A stretch of DNA of 64,000 nt from the IMG/VR virus record IMGVR_UViG_3300045988_163304, positions 64,001 through 128,000 of that record. One strand, 5' to 3'. The position numbers were made by a program, and so were the translations under genes. Each line of letters begins with the position of its first letter. The stretch's first letter is position 1. Positions 1-10,046 of this stretch are shown here, piece by piece. Source of the DNA: a virus. The notes under the pieces are model-generated. The model was not told the origin of the DNA. It saw nothing but the letters and a program-made list of their open reading frames with translations, and did not search any database.

Positions 1-100
1 TATGTTTGATAAAACAGGATTACTTGGATATAAGGATTCGCCAATCGATGATGGTAAAGATATTTTCTTGAAATTATTTAAAGAAAGGATTATAATATAA
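1..100 (+). CDS. 3' end (or complete 33-codon ORF) of an upstream gene; frame from ATG at 2-4, TAA at 98-100
   Basis: Open frame ending TAA that overlaps the next ATG (TAATG). Confidence 0.3.
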   Translation, partial: MFDKTGLLGYKDSPIDDGKDIFLKLFKERIII

Positions 101-276
101 TGAGTGAATTGCATTGGAATAAATATAATGCGGCTGCAGATTTAGATCCATTCCCAGATATAAGATATCAATGTCCATTATGTTATAAAAGTTTTAAAGA
201 AGAATATGATAAATGTCCCAACTGCGGAAAAGCAATAAAAGGAGAATTACACTATGAAAGGTATCGTTTGGGGTAA
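100..276 (+). CDS. small zinc-ribbon protein with two CxxC pairs (CPLC...CPNC)
   Basis: ATG 100-102, TAA 274-276; four Cys in CxxC-x16-CxxC spacing. Confidence 0.45.
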   Translation: MSELHWNKYNAAADLDPFPDIRYQCPLCYKSFKEEYDKCPNCGKAIKGELHYERYRLG

Positions 277-565
277 TCGTTGGATTTCAGCAGTAAATAA
301 ATTAGATTAGATAGCACTAAAATACGAATATCTCCATATTAGCCCTATTCAAATAATTAAAACTAAAAATGAATATACAATTACTTATGAAAATGGAGAT
401 AATTGGCGAGCTATACGAGGTAATACTAATAGTCGAGGATATAAATGTAATATTTCTTATATTGATCGTGAAATTGCTGATGATATTGTTGATACTATTA
501 TTAAACCTTGTACCACTGATTTTCCTTATCATGGGTTTGAGTATTATTATCCAGAAAAGGACTGA
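254..565 (+). CDS. hypothetical protein with one in-frame TAG at 308-310
   Basis: ATG overlaps the end of the previous gene; 103 codons; TGA stop. Confidence 0.4.
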
Positions 566-637
566 TATAAATAATAAACTTAATAAAAAAATTAAAATAT
601 ATAGGTAGTGATTTAATGAAAGGAGGGTGACTATTCT

Positions 638-2383
638 ATGGAATACCGCCTAAGAGCACCCGAGTTCCCGATATATACACCGGTAGAACAAGTGCTAGTA
701 AATCGTGGAATACCCTACGATTAGATTAATCATTATTTAAACACTACTGATAATGACATTTTAGACCCTCGGTTAATACCGCACTTGGATGAAGGTGCTA
801 AAATGCTTATTAAACATATTTCACAAAATGACAAAGTTCTGATATAGGTAGATAGTGATTGTGATGGATATACGTCTGCCGCATTACTTATGAATTATCT
901 ATATTGTCTATTTCCCAGTTTTGTGAATAATAACATTTCTTATCGTGTCCATATGGGAAAACAGCACGGTATCATTCCAGATACAATTCCAGAAGACGTT
1001 AAATTAGTAATAGCTCCAGATTCAAGCTCAAATGACTATGAAGCTCATGAATATTTAAATCTAAGTGGAGTTGACGTGCTGGTAATAGACCACCATGAAG
1101 CTGATCACATTTCTAAATATGCTTGTGTAATTAATAATTAGTTATGTGATTATCCTACTAAATCATTATCTGGTGTAGCGATGGTCTGGAAATTTTGTTG
1201 CTACATTGATATGTTATTAAAAACTAACCATGCGTAGAAGTTTTTAGATTTAGTAGCTCTTGGATTGGTGGCCGACATGATGGATGTGCGAGATTTTGAA
1301 ACAAGAAGATTAATAGATAAAGGACTTCAACAAATCCGCAATCCTTACTTCAGAGGTGTGATTGATAAAGACCAATTTCATTTTACAAATGAGATTACAC
1401 CTATTGGAGTAGCTTTTTATATTGCTCCATTAATTAACGCGACAACTCGCGTCGGAACGCAAGAAGAAAAGCTCATGCTATTCGAATCAATGCTTGATTT
1501 TCGGGGATACGAACTTGTCCCATCAACAAAACGTGGATGTAAAGGTCAAGCAGAAACGAGAGTAGAACAAGCTTGTCGAAATTGTACCAATATTAAAAGT
1601 AGGCAAACCAAAATTCGAGACAATAGCTTGGAAAAAATTGAATAGATAATCGTAAATCAAAACTTATTGAGTAATAAAATCTTAATCGTTCAATTAGATG
1701 ATTTGATTACTGACCGCAACCTAACTGGATTAATAGCAAATCAATTAATGAGTAAATATCAAAGACCTGTTTTAATCTTAAATAGAATTGAAAATGAAGA
1801 TGGTACAATAACTTGGGAAGGGTCTGGTAGAGGATACGACAAATCTCGATTGAAAGATTTTAGAGGATTTTTAGAAAATAATAAATATGTTATGTACGCC
1901 GAAGGCCATGCAAATGCATTTGGTGTTGGTATTAAAGATGAAGATATTAGCGCATTTATTGTATCTACAAATTCTGCTCTAGACGGTTTTGATTTCACCC
2001 CAATCTATAATGTAGATTTTATCTACAAATCAGATGAGCTGACTCCTGATAAAGTTATTGATATTGCAGGAATGAAAAGCTTATGGGGCCAAGGAGTAGA
2101 AGAAGCTGAAATTGCAGTAGAAGGTATTAAAGTTCATAAAGACAATATACGTATTCTATCGCCAGATAAAAATCCTACTCTAAAGATAATGTTGCCGAAT
2201 GGCATCAATTTTATGAAGTTTAGGTCGTCTGAAGAGGAATATGATAAACTATATTCCGAATTAGGTTATGTGACAATTAATATCGTTGGTGAATGCGAAC
2301 GAAATATTTGGAATAATAAAATTAGTCCTCAAGTTATGATTAAAGATTACGAAATTGTAGATAGGGCAAATTATTATTTTTAA
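638..2383 (+). CDS. RecJ-like DHH/DHHA1 single-strand DNA exonuclease; five in-frame TAGs at 722, 845, 1139, 1235 and 1646
   Basis: RBS AAAGGAGGG then ATG 638. DHH motifs VDSDCDGYTSAALL and DHHEAD, RecJ-like LSGVAMV and LDLVALGLVAD, and DHHA1 GHANAFGV. The three ORF-track fragments share one frame and are joined only by TAG. Confidence 0.8.
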
Positions 2384-2436
2384 TAATTGACACTTATGAC
2401 TAATAGACCAAAAACCTATTAGGAGGAATTACAATT

Positions 2437-3267
2437 ATGAAAAATACTATTTTGAATAAATGGCTGATTGCATTAAGCTGTGTATTAATTATTGGATGCA
2501 GCATTAAAACTGTTGAAGCATCAGTCATTACTCGAAATGCACTTTCGGAAGCTTACATCCCTTCTGAAATGTCTTCTGTGGTAGATCTTACTACTACGAT
2601 TGAGTATAAACAAATTAGAAATATATCTAAAACAGAAGATACACAAGAATTAAGAACACTAATCCAAGAGTGTAAAACATTAAAAGAATCCGCTGAACAA
2701 ATGCTAGTATTGGCTGATAATTTAGGATATACCGATAAACATCCAGTAGTTAAAACAACGACTGCTGAAATTGAACAATTAAATAAATTGATTACAATTT
2801 ATGAAAATCGGTTAGAACAAAAACGTTGGGAAATTCGAATTGAGAAATACCCAACTGCTTCTAGTATTTGGTTATATTTAAGCGATCAAGGATATAGCGA
2901 TGAAATATGTGCCGGTATCCTTGGTAATATAATGGCTGAGGTTGGTGGACATACTTTAGATATTGAACATACTACCAATACCCATCCAGGATATTATGGT
3001 ATATGCCAATGGAGTTTAAAATATAGTAATACTAAAGGTATGAATTTATCTGAACAATGTCAATATTTAGTTGAAACTATTGAAAATGAATTTAATTCAT
3101 TTGGTAGTGAATATAAATCAGGATTTGATTATGATGATTTTATTGAAATGACTGATATTGAAGAAATTGCATTAGCATTTGCTAAATGTTATGAACGCTG
3201 TGGATCAGGTTCTTATGATGTGAGACAATCAAATGCTTTAATCGCTTTTGAATATTTTGCATCTTAA
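2437..3267 (+). CDS. secreted lipoprotein (lipobox LIIGC) with a coiled-coil region and a C-terminal phage-tail-lysozyme-like domain
   Basis: RBS AGGAGG; signal peptide plus Cys lipobox; C-terminal segment CAGILGNIMAEVGG...GYYGICQWS resembles the AGILGN/GxGQW phage tail lysozyme family. Confidence 0.55.
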   Translation: MKNTILNKWLIALSCVLIIGCSIKTVEASVITRNALSEAYIPSEMSSVVDLTTTIEYKQIRNISKTEDTQELRTLIQECKTLKESAEQMLVLADNLGYTDKHPVVKTTTAEIEQLNKLITIYENRLEQKRWEIRIEKYPTASSIWLYLSDQGYSDEICAGILGNIMAEVGGHTLDIEHTTNTHPGYYGICQWSLKYSNTKGMNLSEQCQYLVETIENEFNSFGSEYKSGFDYDDFIEMTDIEEIALAFAKCYERCGSGSYDVRQSNALIAFEYFAS

Positions 3268-3330
3268 TTATATATGGTTATATGGAGAGGTATTTCTCCC
3301 TATAACCCTTATTTTCATTTATGGAGATAA

Positions 3331-3535
3331 TATGACAAAATTTAAATCAGCTTGGGATATTGCTCAAGACTTACATAATTTACTATATAATACAGAAAAA
3401 TCTGGTAATGAGATATACAATGAAGTATTTGAAATTAGTAAAATTTTCGCAGAGACATTCCTTACAACGCCAGAAGATTTCGCTCGGTCGTTTATGGCTC
3501 TGAGAACCGAAATCCAAAATGAAAAAGTGATTTAA
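3331..3535 (+). CDS. hypothetical small protein
   Basis: ATG preceded by GGAGA; 68 codons. Confidence 0.4.
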
Positions 3536-3563
3536 AAATTTTTATACCAAAATGGTGATATAA

Positions 3564-4760
3564 ATGATTTTAACAAATAAACAAGAACAAGGATTAAAAA
3601 TAGCAGTAGAACGATATAAAAATAAAGAACGATATACAGTAATAGCAGGTTATGCTGGAAGTGGTAAATCAACTCTAATTAAATTTATTATCTCTGCCTT
3701 AGGAGTAAATCCAGAAGAAGAAGTTTGTTATGTGGCATTTACTGGTAAAGCAGCCACAGTTCTCTAGACTAAAGGTTGCCCGAATGCGACTACTGCTCAT
3801 TAGTTATTATATAAAGCGCGGATTACGCCTAATGGAACATATAAATTTTTCCCAAGACCAAGAGAAGAAATAGTACATTATAAAGTAATTGTAGTAGATG
3901 AAGTTTCAATGCTCCCTAAAGCTATGTGGGAATTACTTCTATCTCACGGTATTTATATTTTGGCAACCGGCGACCCAGGTCAATTACCACCAATAGTCGA
4001 TGAAGATAATAATCATGTTCTCGACAATCCACACGTTTTCCTTGATGAAATTATGCGTCAAGCGCAAAATAGTGAAATTATTAGATTTTCAATGTGGATT
4101 CGTGATAACAAACCAATCTCTTCATATAAGGGCACTGAGGAACAGGTTTTAATTCGATTTAAATGGGATGAAATGCTTCCTTAGATGTATAATTGGGCAG
4201 ATCAAATTATTTGCTCAACAAATGAAAAACGAAATGATATTAATCGTATAGTCCGAACTCAAAAAGGATATGACCCAGATCGACCTTGCATTGGAGATAA
4301 ATTAATTGGATTACATAACCAATGGGATTTTATGTCTTCTAGTCATACATGGGCATTAACTAATGGGACTATTGGGATATTAGAAAATTTCTACGTTGAA
4401 GATATACGATTTCCCTATTGGATTTATAAAAATCCTGTACCATTTATGTATGCTCAATTAAGGCTTGACGATGATGATACATTTTGTGGAGTCCCTATTG
4501 ATTATAATCAATTATTAACTGGCAAAAGAACATTTGAAGGAAAACAAATTTATCAAATTAAAAAGAATAAAAATTGTCCTGACCCTCCATTTGATTTTTC
4601 ATATGCCTATGCCATTACTTGCTGGAAAGCGCAAGGTAGTGAATATAATAAAGTATTAGGGTTTGAAGAAGCTCCACCTTATGATAGAGAAACTCATAAA
4701 AAGTATTTATATACCTTAGCAACAAGAGCTAAAGAGAGGTTGGTATTAATTAGAAAATGA
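3564..4760 (+). CDS. Dda/RecD-like SF1 helicase; three in-frame TAGs at 3768, 3801 and 4182
   Basis: Walker A GYAGSGKST, GDPGQLPP, DEVSM, and motifs V/VI CWKAQGSEY and LYTLATRAKERL. The three ORF fragments share one frame. Confidence 0.8.
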
Positions 4761-5362
4761 TAAAAGTATTAACTATTGATTTTGATATTATGCTTTGGAA
4801 ATCTATTGAATTATATAATGGAATGGCTGGGGCTGTTTCTTGGGAAGAAATTGAAAAAAATGAATTATTACATTTTGTTCAATTTGATAGTCAAATTTAT
4901 GAATTATTAACAAAAACAATTTGTCAAATCAGTAAAAATATTCCAAAAGAAAATGTTCATTTTATTACTTCTCATTAGCGTGCAGTAAAATACATTCCTT
5001 AGAATGAATTAGTTGAGTTAACTAATATTGATCATCATCATGATTTACAATATAGTGATTAGGATAATATTGATATTTTAACTTGTGGAAATTGGGTTAA
5101 ATATCTTTTTGAACATAATTATAATATCAGTAAATATATTTGGGTTAATGATCCTAATTCTATTTATTGTCAATTTAATAGCAAAAGATATTGTTAGCAA
5201 TCAGATATAATTTAGGCTTATGATTTAACTATGACTAATTATGATGTATTAATTATTTGTTTATCTCCCCCATGGGTGCCACCTAAATATAGACCATTAT
5301 ATAATTGTTGGATTGATATGTTAAATCGGATTTATGATACAACATTTGTCGTAGATGATTGA
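4757..5362 (+). CDS. hypothetical protein (IDHHHD motif); five in-frame TAGs
   Basis: Continuous frame from 4757 to TGA at 5360-5362 if TAG is sense. Confidence 0.45.
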
Positions 5363-5387
5363 TTTATAATAAATTATATGGTATAAT
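5359..5387 (+). promoter_or_regulatory. sigma70-like promoter upstream of the polymerase gene: TTGATT, 17 nt, TATAAT
   Basis: -35 at 5359-5364 and -10 at 5382-5387 with an exact 17-nt spacer. Confidence 0.5.
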
Positions 5388-5424
5388 ATTATTATAAATA
5401 AAATAAATGAGAAAGAGGTGGATT

Positions 5425-8400
5425 ATGCGACCATATTTTGGCGTACACAACCATACTCACTATTCAAATCTGCGTTTATTAGATTCTATTAATAGACCAG
5501 AAGAGTTGATTAAAACAGCAGAAAAATTAGGATTAAGTGGTATAGCAATTACTGACCACGAATGTTTATCTGCTCATATGGAAGTTAATCAATTTGCAAA
5601 AGATTTTTTAAAAGAGCATCCTGATTTTACTATTGCGTTAGGTAATGAAATCTATTTAACTGATACAAGAGATTGTGGTCAAAAGTATTATCATTTTATT
5701 CTATTGGCAAAAGATGAAATCGGTTATAAAGCATTAAAAGAATTGAGTTCAACTGCTTGGATTAATTCTTATACTGATAGAAAAATGGAACGTGTGCCAA
5801 CACTAAAATCTGAATTAAAAAATGTAATGGCACAATATAAAGGACATGTTATCGCAACAACAGCTTGCATTGGTGGTGAATTAGGTTCTAATTTATATCC
5901 AATGTATGAGGCTGAAGTAGTAGGCGATATACAAACTAAAAGCATTTATTATAATAATGTTGTTAGATTCATTGAATTTTGTATAAATGTTTTTGGTAAA
6001 GACGATTTTTATTTAGAGTGTGCTCCGTCTACCATGAAAGACCAACTTGTAGTAAATCAAAAGATTTATCAAGTAGCAAAAGCATATGATTTAAAAATGG
6101 TAGTTGGAACCGATGCTCATTATTTAACAAAGAAAGATAGACCAATTCATAAGGCTTATTTAAATTCTAAAGATGGCGAACGTGAAGTTGATTCATTCTA
6201 TGAATTCGCTTATGTAATGGATAGTGATGAAGTAGAAGAATTAATGCTACCATATATGGATACTTGGGATAAAAATAAAACTCCTCAAGAAATTATGAAT
6301 TGGATTTTTGATAATACATTAGAAATTCAAAAGAAAATAAAATTTTATTCTCTGGAACGTAAACAACAAATTCCAAGAGTAGAAGTAATTGATTATAAAA
6401 AAGGATTCATTCCAGCAGATTGGCTTGAGAAATATCCTGTTATTTGTTCACTGATTAATAGTGATGATATTCAAGAACGATATTGGGTGAATGAATGTAT
6501 TAAAGCACTGCAAGAAAAACAATTATATGAGAATGAAACATATATATCTCGACTTGAAACTGAAGCTAATGTAATTAAAAATATTGGCGAAAAACTTGAA
6601 GATTGTTTGTTTGCTTATTTTAATGCATTTAAACATTATATTGATTTGTTCTGGGAGTGCGGAAGTATTGTTGGCCCAGGTCGTGGCTCAGCAACTGGTT
6701 TTTTATCTAATTATTTATTGGGAATTACTCAGCTAGATCCAATTCGTTGGGGATTACCATATTGGCGTTTCTTGAACTTAGAGCGCGCAGAGTTGCCTGA
6801 TATTGATATCGATCTTGCGCCAAGCAAACGCCCGGCAATTTTTAGTGCTATTCGTAAAGAGCGGGGAACATTAGGTTTAATTCAAGTTGCAACGTTTGGA
6901 ACTGAAGGAACAAAGCAAGCAATTTTAACTGCTTGTCGTGGTTATAGAAGTGATGATTATCCCAATGGTATTGATGTAGATGAAGCTCAATTTATGTCTT
7001 CATTAATTCCGCAGGAACGTGGATTTTTATGGCCGATGAAAGATGTAGTAAATGGTAATCCTGATAAAGATAGAAAACCAGTAACTACATTTATCCAAAA
7101 GGTAAATCAATATCCTGGTTTATTGGATATTATTGTATACATTGAGGGCATCGTTAATAAACGTTCTTCTCATGCTTCTGGTGTTATTCTATATGGAGAA
7201 GACCCATTTGAAACCGCGTCATTTATGAAAACCCCTAGTGGTGATTTAATTACTTGTTGGGATTTGCATAAGGCTGAAGCCGCCGGAGATACTAAATATG
7301 ACTTCCTGGTAACAGAAGCATGTGATAAAATTATTCAATGTTATAATTTATTAAAAGAGGATAATCAAATTCCTGATATTGGTCTACGTGATTTTTATAA
7401 TAAATATCTTCATCCAGAAGTAATAGATACTTCTGATAAGCGCATTTGGGAACATTTGGCCGCGGGAGATATTCTTGACGTATTCCAATTTTCTACTGGT
7501 GTAGGTTTAGCTATTGCTAAAAAACTGAAACCAAAAGATCCTATGGAAATGACAGCCGCAAATGCTATGATGCGTCTAATGAGTGAAAAGGGCAAAGAAA
7601 GTCAGCAAGATAGATATTATCGAATTCAAAAAGCTGGTATTCAAGTTTTTGATAAAGAAATGAAAGATAATCATTTGCCAGACGAAATGATTGAAAAAAT
7701 GCATAAGCATTGTGATAGATATTATGGATGTTGTCCACTTCAAGAGCAAATGATGGAAATCCTTATGGATGTCGCTGGATTTACATTAGGCGAAGCAAAT
7801 AGCGCGCGTAAAGTTGTTGCTAAAAAACAAATGGCAAAAATTCCTCAATTAAAAGAGCAAGTATTTAGTAAATTTACTAATGAACATAATGCTGAATATT
7901 TTTGGGAAAATGCAATCGCTCCTCAATTGGGATATGCATTTAGTTTAAATCATTCTCTTCCTTACTCATTTGTTGCAATTCAAATGATTTATTTGGCAAT
8001 TAATTTCAATCCTATTTATTGGAATTGTGCTTGTTTGATTGTAAATAGTGGAGCATTAGAAAATGAACCAGAAGAAATGAGCGATGAAGATTATGATTAT
8101 TCTGGCGAAGAATATTGTGGTGTTTCTCCAGAAGATGTAATGGAGAATAAACCAAAAAATAAAAAAGTGGCTAGTACTGATTATGGTAAAATTGCTAAGG
8201 CGATTGGAGATATTCAGTCTGCTGGTATTAAAGTCAGTTTAGCTGATATTAATAAAGCTAAATTTGGATTCGCGCCCGACGTTGAAAACAATCAAATTCT
8301 ATTTGGTTTAAAAGGATTATTGAATGTTGGCGATGATTTGATTAATAATATTATTGCAAATCGTCCATATATATCAGTGAAAGATTTTTATTATCGCATT

Positions 8401-9378
8401 AAGCCAAGTAAGCAAGCAATGATTTCATTGATTAAAAGCGGTGCATTTGATGAAATGATGGACCGTAAAGATTTAATGATTTGGTATATTTGGGAAACAT
8501 GTGATAAAAAATCTCGTTTAACATTACAAAATTTAGCAACTTTAATTCGTTATAATTTATTACCAGAAGATAAAGATGAATATATAATTGCAAGACGAGT
8601 TTACGAATTTAATAGATATTTAAAAGCCGTTTGTAAAGATGGTAATGTGTATAAAGTCGATGAACGAGCAATTAATTTCCTAACTGAAATTGGTTGTGAC
8701 GATTTAATTGGTAGTTGTTACCTCTTAGATTCTAAAGCTTGGGATAAAGTATATCAAAAATATATGGATACATTCCGGGCTTGGATTACAGAGAATAAAG
8801 ATGTTATTTTAAATAAACTAAATAATAAAATATTTAAAGATGATTGGGATAAATATGCATCTAAATCTATTTCTGCGTGGGAGATGGAAGTTTTGTGTTT
8901 CTATTATCATGAGCATGAGTTAGCCCATGTAAATAATAGTAAATATGGATTTGTCGATTTCTTCCATCTACCAGAAGAACCAATTGTTGATAAAGTTTTT
9001 TCTAAGGGTAATAAAACGATTACTATGTATAAATTACACAAGATTTGTGGAACTTGTATTGCTAAAAATAAAACTAAATCAACAGTTACATTACTCACTA
9101 CTTCTGGAGTTGTTGAAGTTAAATTTAGAAAAGAATATTTCTCATTATTTGATAAACAAATTTCAGAAAAACAAGCTGATGGTACTAAAAAAGTAATGGA
9201 AAAAAGCTGGTTTAATCGTGGTAATATGATTGCTGTTCAAGGTATTCGTCAAGGTGATAATTTTATAGCGAAAAAATATGCCAGCTCTGGTGGTCATCAA
9301 TTATATAAAATTGATAAAATTTTAGATAATGGTGATATTGAATTAAAAGATGAAAGATACAATGGAGGATCTAATTAA
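5425..9378 (+). CDS. dnaE: DNA polymerase III alpha subunit (DnaE-type) with an N-terminal PHP domain; no internal TAG
   Basis: PHP motif GVHNHTHYS; palm active site GSATGFLSNYLLGITQLDP...PDIDIDLA; RBS AGAGGTGG. Confidence 0.85.
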   Translation: MRPYFGVHNHTHYSNLRLLDSINRPEELIKTAEKLGLSGIAITDHECLSAHMEVNQFAKDFLKEHPDFTIALGNEIYLTDTRDCGQKYYHFILLAKDEIGYKALKELSSTAWINSYTDRKMERVPTLKSELKNVMAQYKGHVIATTACIGGELGSNLYPMYEAEVVGDIQTKSIYYNNVVRFIEFCINVFGKDDFYLECAPSTMKDQLVVNQKIYQVAKAYDLKMVVGTDAHYLTKKDRPIHKAYLNSKDGEREVDSFYEFAYVMDSDEVEELMLPYMDTWDKNKTPQEIMNWIFDNTLEIQKKIKFYSLERKQQIPRVEVIDYKKGFIPADWLEKYPVICSLINSDDIQERYWVNECIKALQEKQLYENETYISRLETEANVIKNIGEKLEDCLFAYFNAFKHYIDLFWECGSIVGPGRGSATGFLSNYLLGITQLDPIRWGLPYWRFLNLERAELPDIDIDLAPSKRPAIFSAIRKERGTLGLIQVATFGTEGTKQAILTACRGYRSDDYPNGIDVDEAQFMSSLIPQERGFLWPMKDVVNGNPDKDRKPVTTFIQKVNQYPGLLDIIVYIEGIVNKRSSHASGVILYGEDPFETASFMKTPSGDLITCWDLHKAEAAGDTKYDFLVTEACDKIIQCYNLLKEDNQIPDIGLRDFYNKYLHPEVIDTSDKRIWEHLAAGDILDVFQFSTGVGLAIAKKLKPKDPMEMTAANAMMRLMSEKGKESQQDRYYRIQKAGIQVFDKEMKDNHLPDEMIEKMHKHCDRYYGCCPLQEQMMEILMDVAGFTLGEANSARKVVAKKQMAKIPQLKEQVFSKFTNEHNAEYFWENAIAPQLGYAFSLNHSLPYSFVAIQMIYLAINFNPIYWNCACLIVNSGALENEPEEMSDEDYDYSGEEYCGVSPEDVMENKPKNKKVASTDYGKIAKAIGDIQSAGIKVSLADINKAKFGFAPDVENNQILFGLKGLLNVGDDLINNIIANRPYISVKDFYYRIKPSKQAMISLIKSGAFDEMMDRKDLMIWYIWETCDKKSRLTLQNLATLIRYNLLPEDKDEYIIARRVYEFNRYLKAVCKDGNVYKVDERAINFLTEIGCDDLIGSCYLLDSKAWDKVYQKYMDTFRAWITENKDVILNKLNNKIFKDDWDKYASKSISAWEMEVLCFYYHEHELAHVNNSKYGFVDFFHLPEEPIVDKVFSKGNKTITMYKLHKICGTCIAKNKTKSTVTLLTTSGVVEVKFRKEYFSLFDKQISEKQADGTKKVMEKSWFNRGNMIAVQGIRQGDNFIAKKYASSGGHQLYKIDKILDNGDIELKDERYNGGSN

Positions 9379-9974
9379 TGTATAATATATTAGCATTAAT
9401 TGGTGAAGCGGGGAGTGGTAAGGATACCATTCTCCGTAAACTAATTGATGATACAAAACATTATTATAATGGTAAATTACCTCTACATGAAATTATAAGT
9501 TATACTTCGAGACCTCCAAGAGAAAAAGAAGTGGATGGTATTAATTACCATTTTATCTCAGCAGAAAAATTTGCTGAAATGATTTTATAGAATCAAATGT
9601 TTGAAGCTACTGTTTTTAATGAATGGTGCTATGGCACAGGAATTGAGTCAGTCAAAGAAGGCGCTATCAATGTAGGAGTATTTAATCCAGAAGGCGCAGA
9701 GATTCTATTACATGATAAACGAGTAAATTTAATTATCGTTTATATCCACGCAGATGATAAGATTCGATTAATTAGACAGTTAAATCGAGAAGTTAACCCG
9801 GATATTGATGAAATTATTCGTCGATATAAAACAGATAAACTCGATTTTGAAGATGCTGATGATTTATGTAATTGGTTATATATAAATAATACTCCTGCGG
9901 AATTAGAATATATATATAAAGATTTAGCATTGTTCCTGTCTCGATGGCCGGAGCATCTGGACACAACTTATTAA
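9378..9974 (+). CDS. guanylate-kinase-like nucleoside monophosphate kinase; one in-frame TAG at 9591
   Basis: P-loop GEAGSGKDT; TSRPPREKEVDGINYHF...YGTG matches the Gmk family. The two ORF fragments share one frame. Confidence 0.65.
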
Positions 9975-9988
9975 TCTATTTACAACAA

Positions 9989-10035
9989 ACACTAAATATA
10001 GTGGATATCCTAATTTTTTCCACTATATTTAGTGC
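9989..10035 (+). promoter_or_regulatory. tandem NrdR-box-like operator pair (two 16-bp boxes, 31 bp start to start) overlapping the nrdD promoter and RBS
   Basis: acactaaatatagtgg (9989-10004) and ccactatatttagtgc (10020-10035) match the NrdR consensus acaCwAtATaTwGtgt at 14/16 and 13/16. Together they also form a perfect 16-bp inverted repeat. Confidence 0.5.
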
Positions 10036-10046
10036 GGAGGTTATAA

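Noticed and set aside
1139-1141. Programmed frameshift or intron/intein to explain split RecJ, Dda, NrdD and NrdG
   Set aside because: Flanking segments are in the same frame with no missing residues. A single TAG codon separates them in every case.
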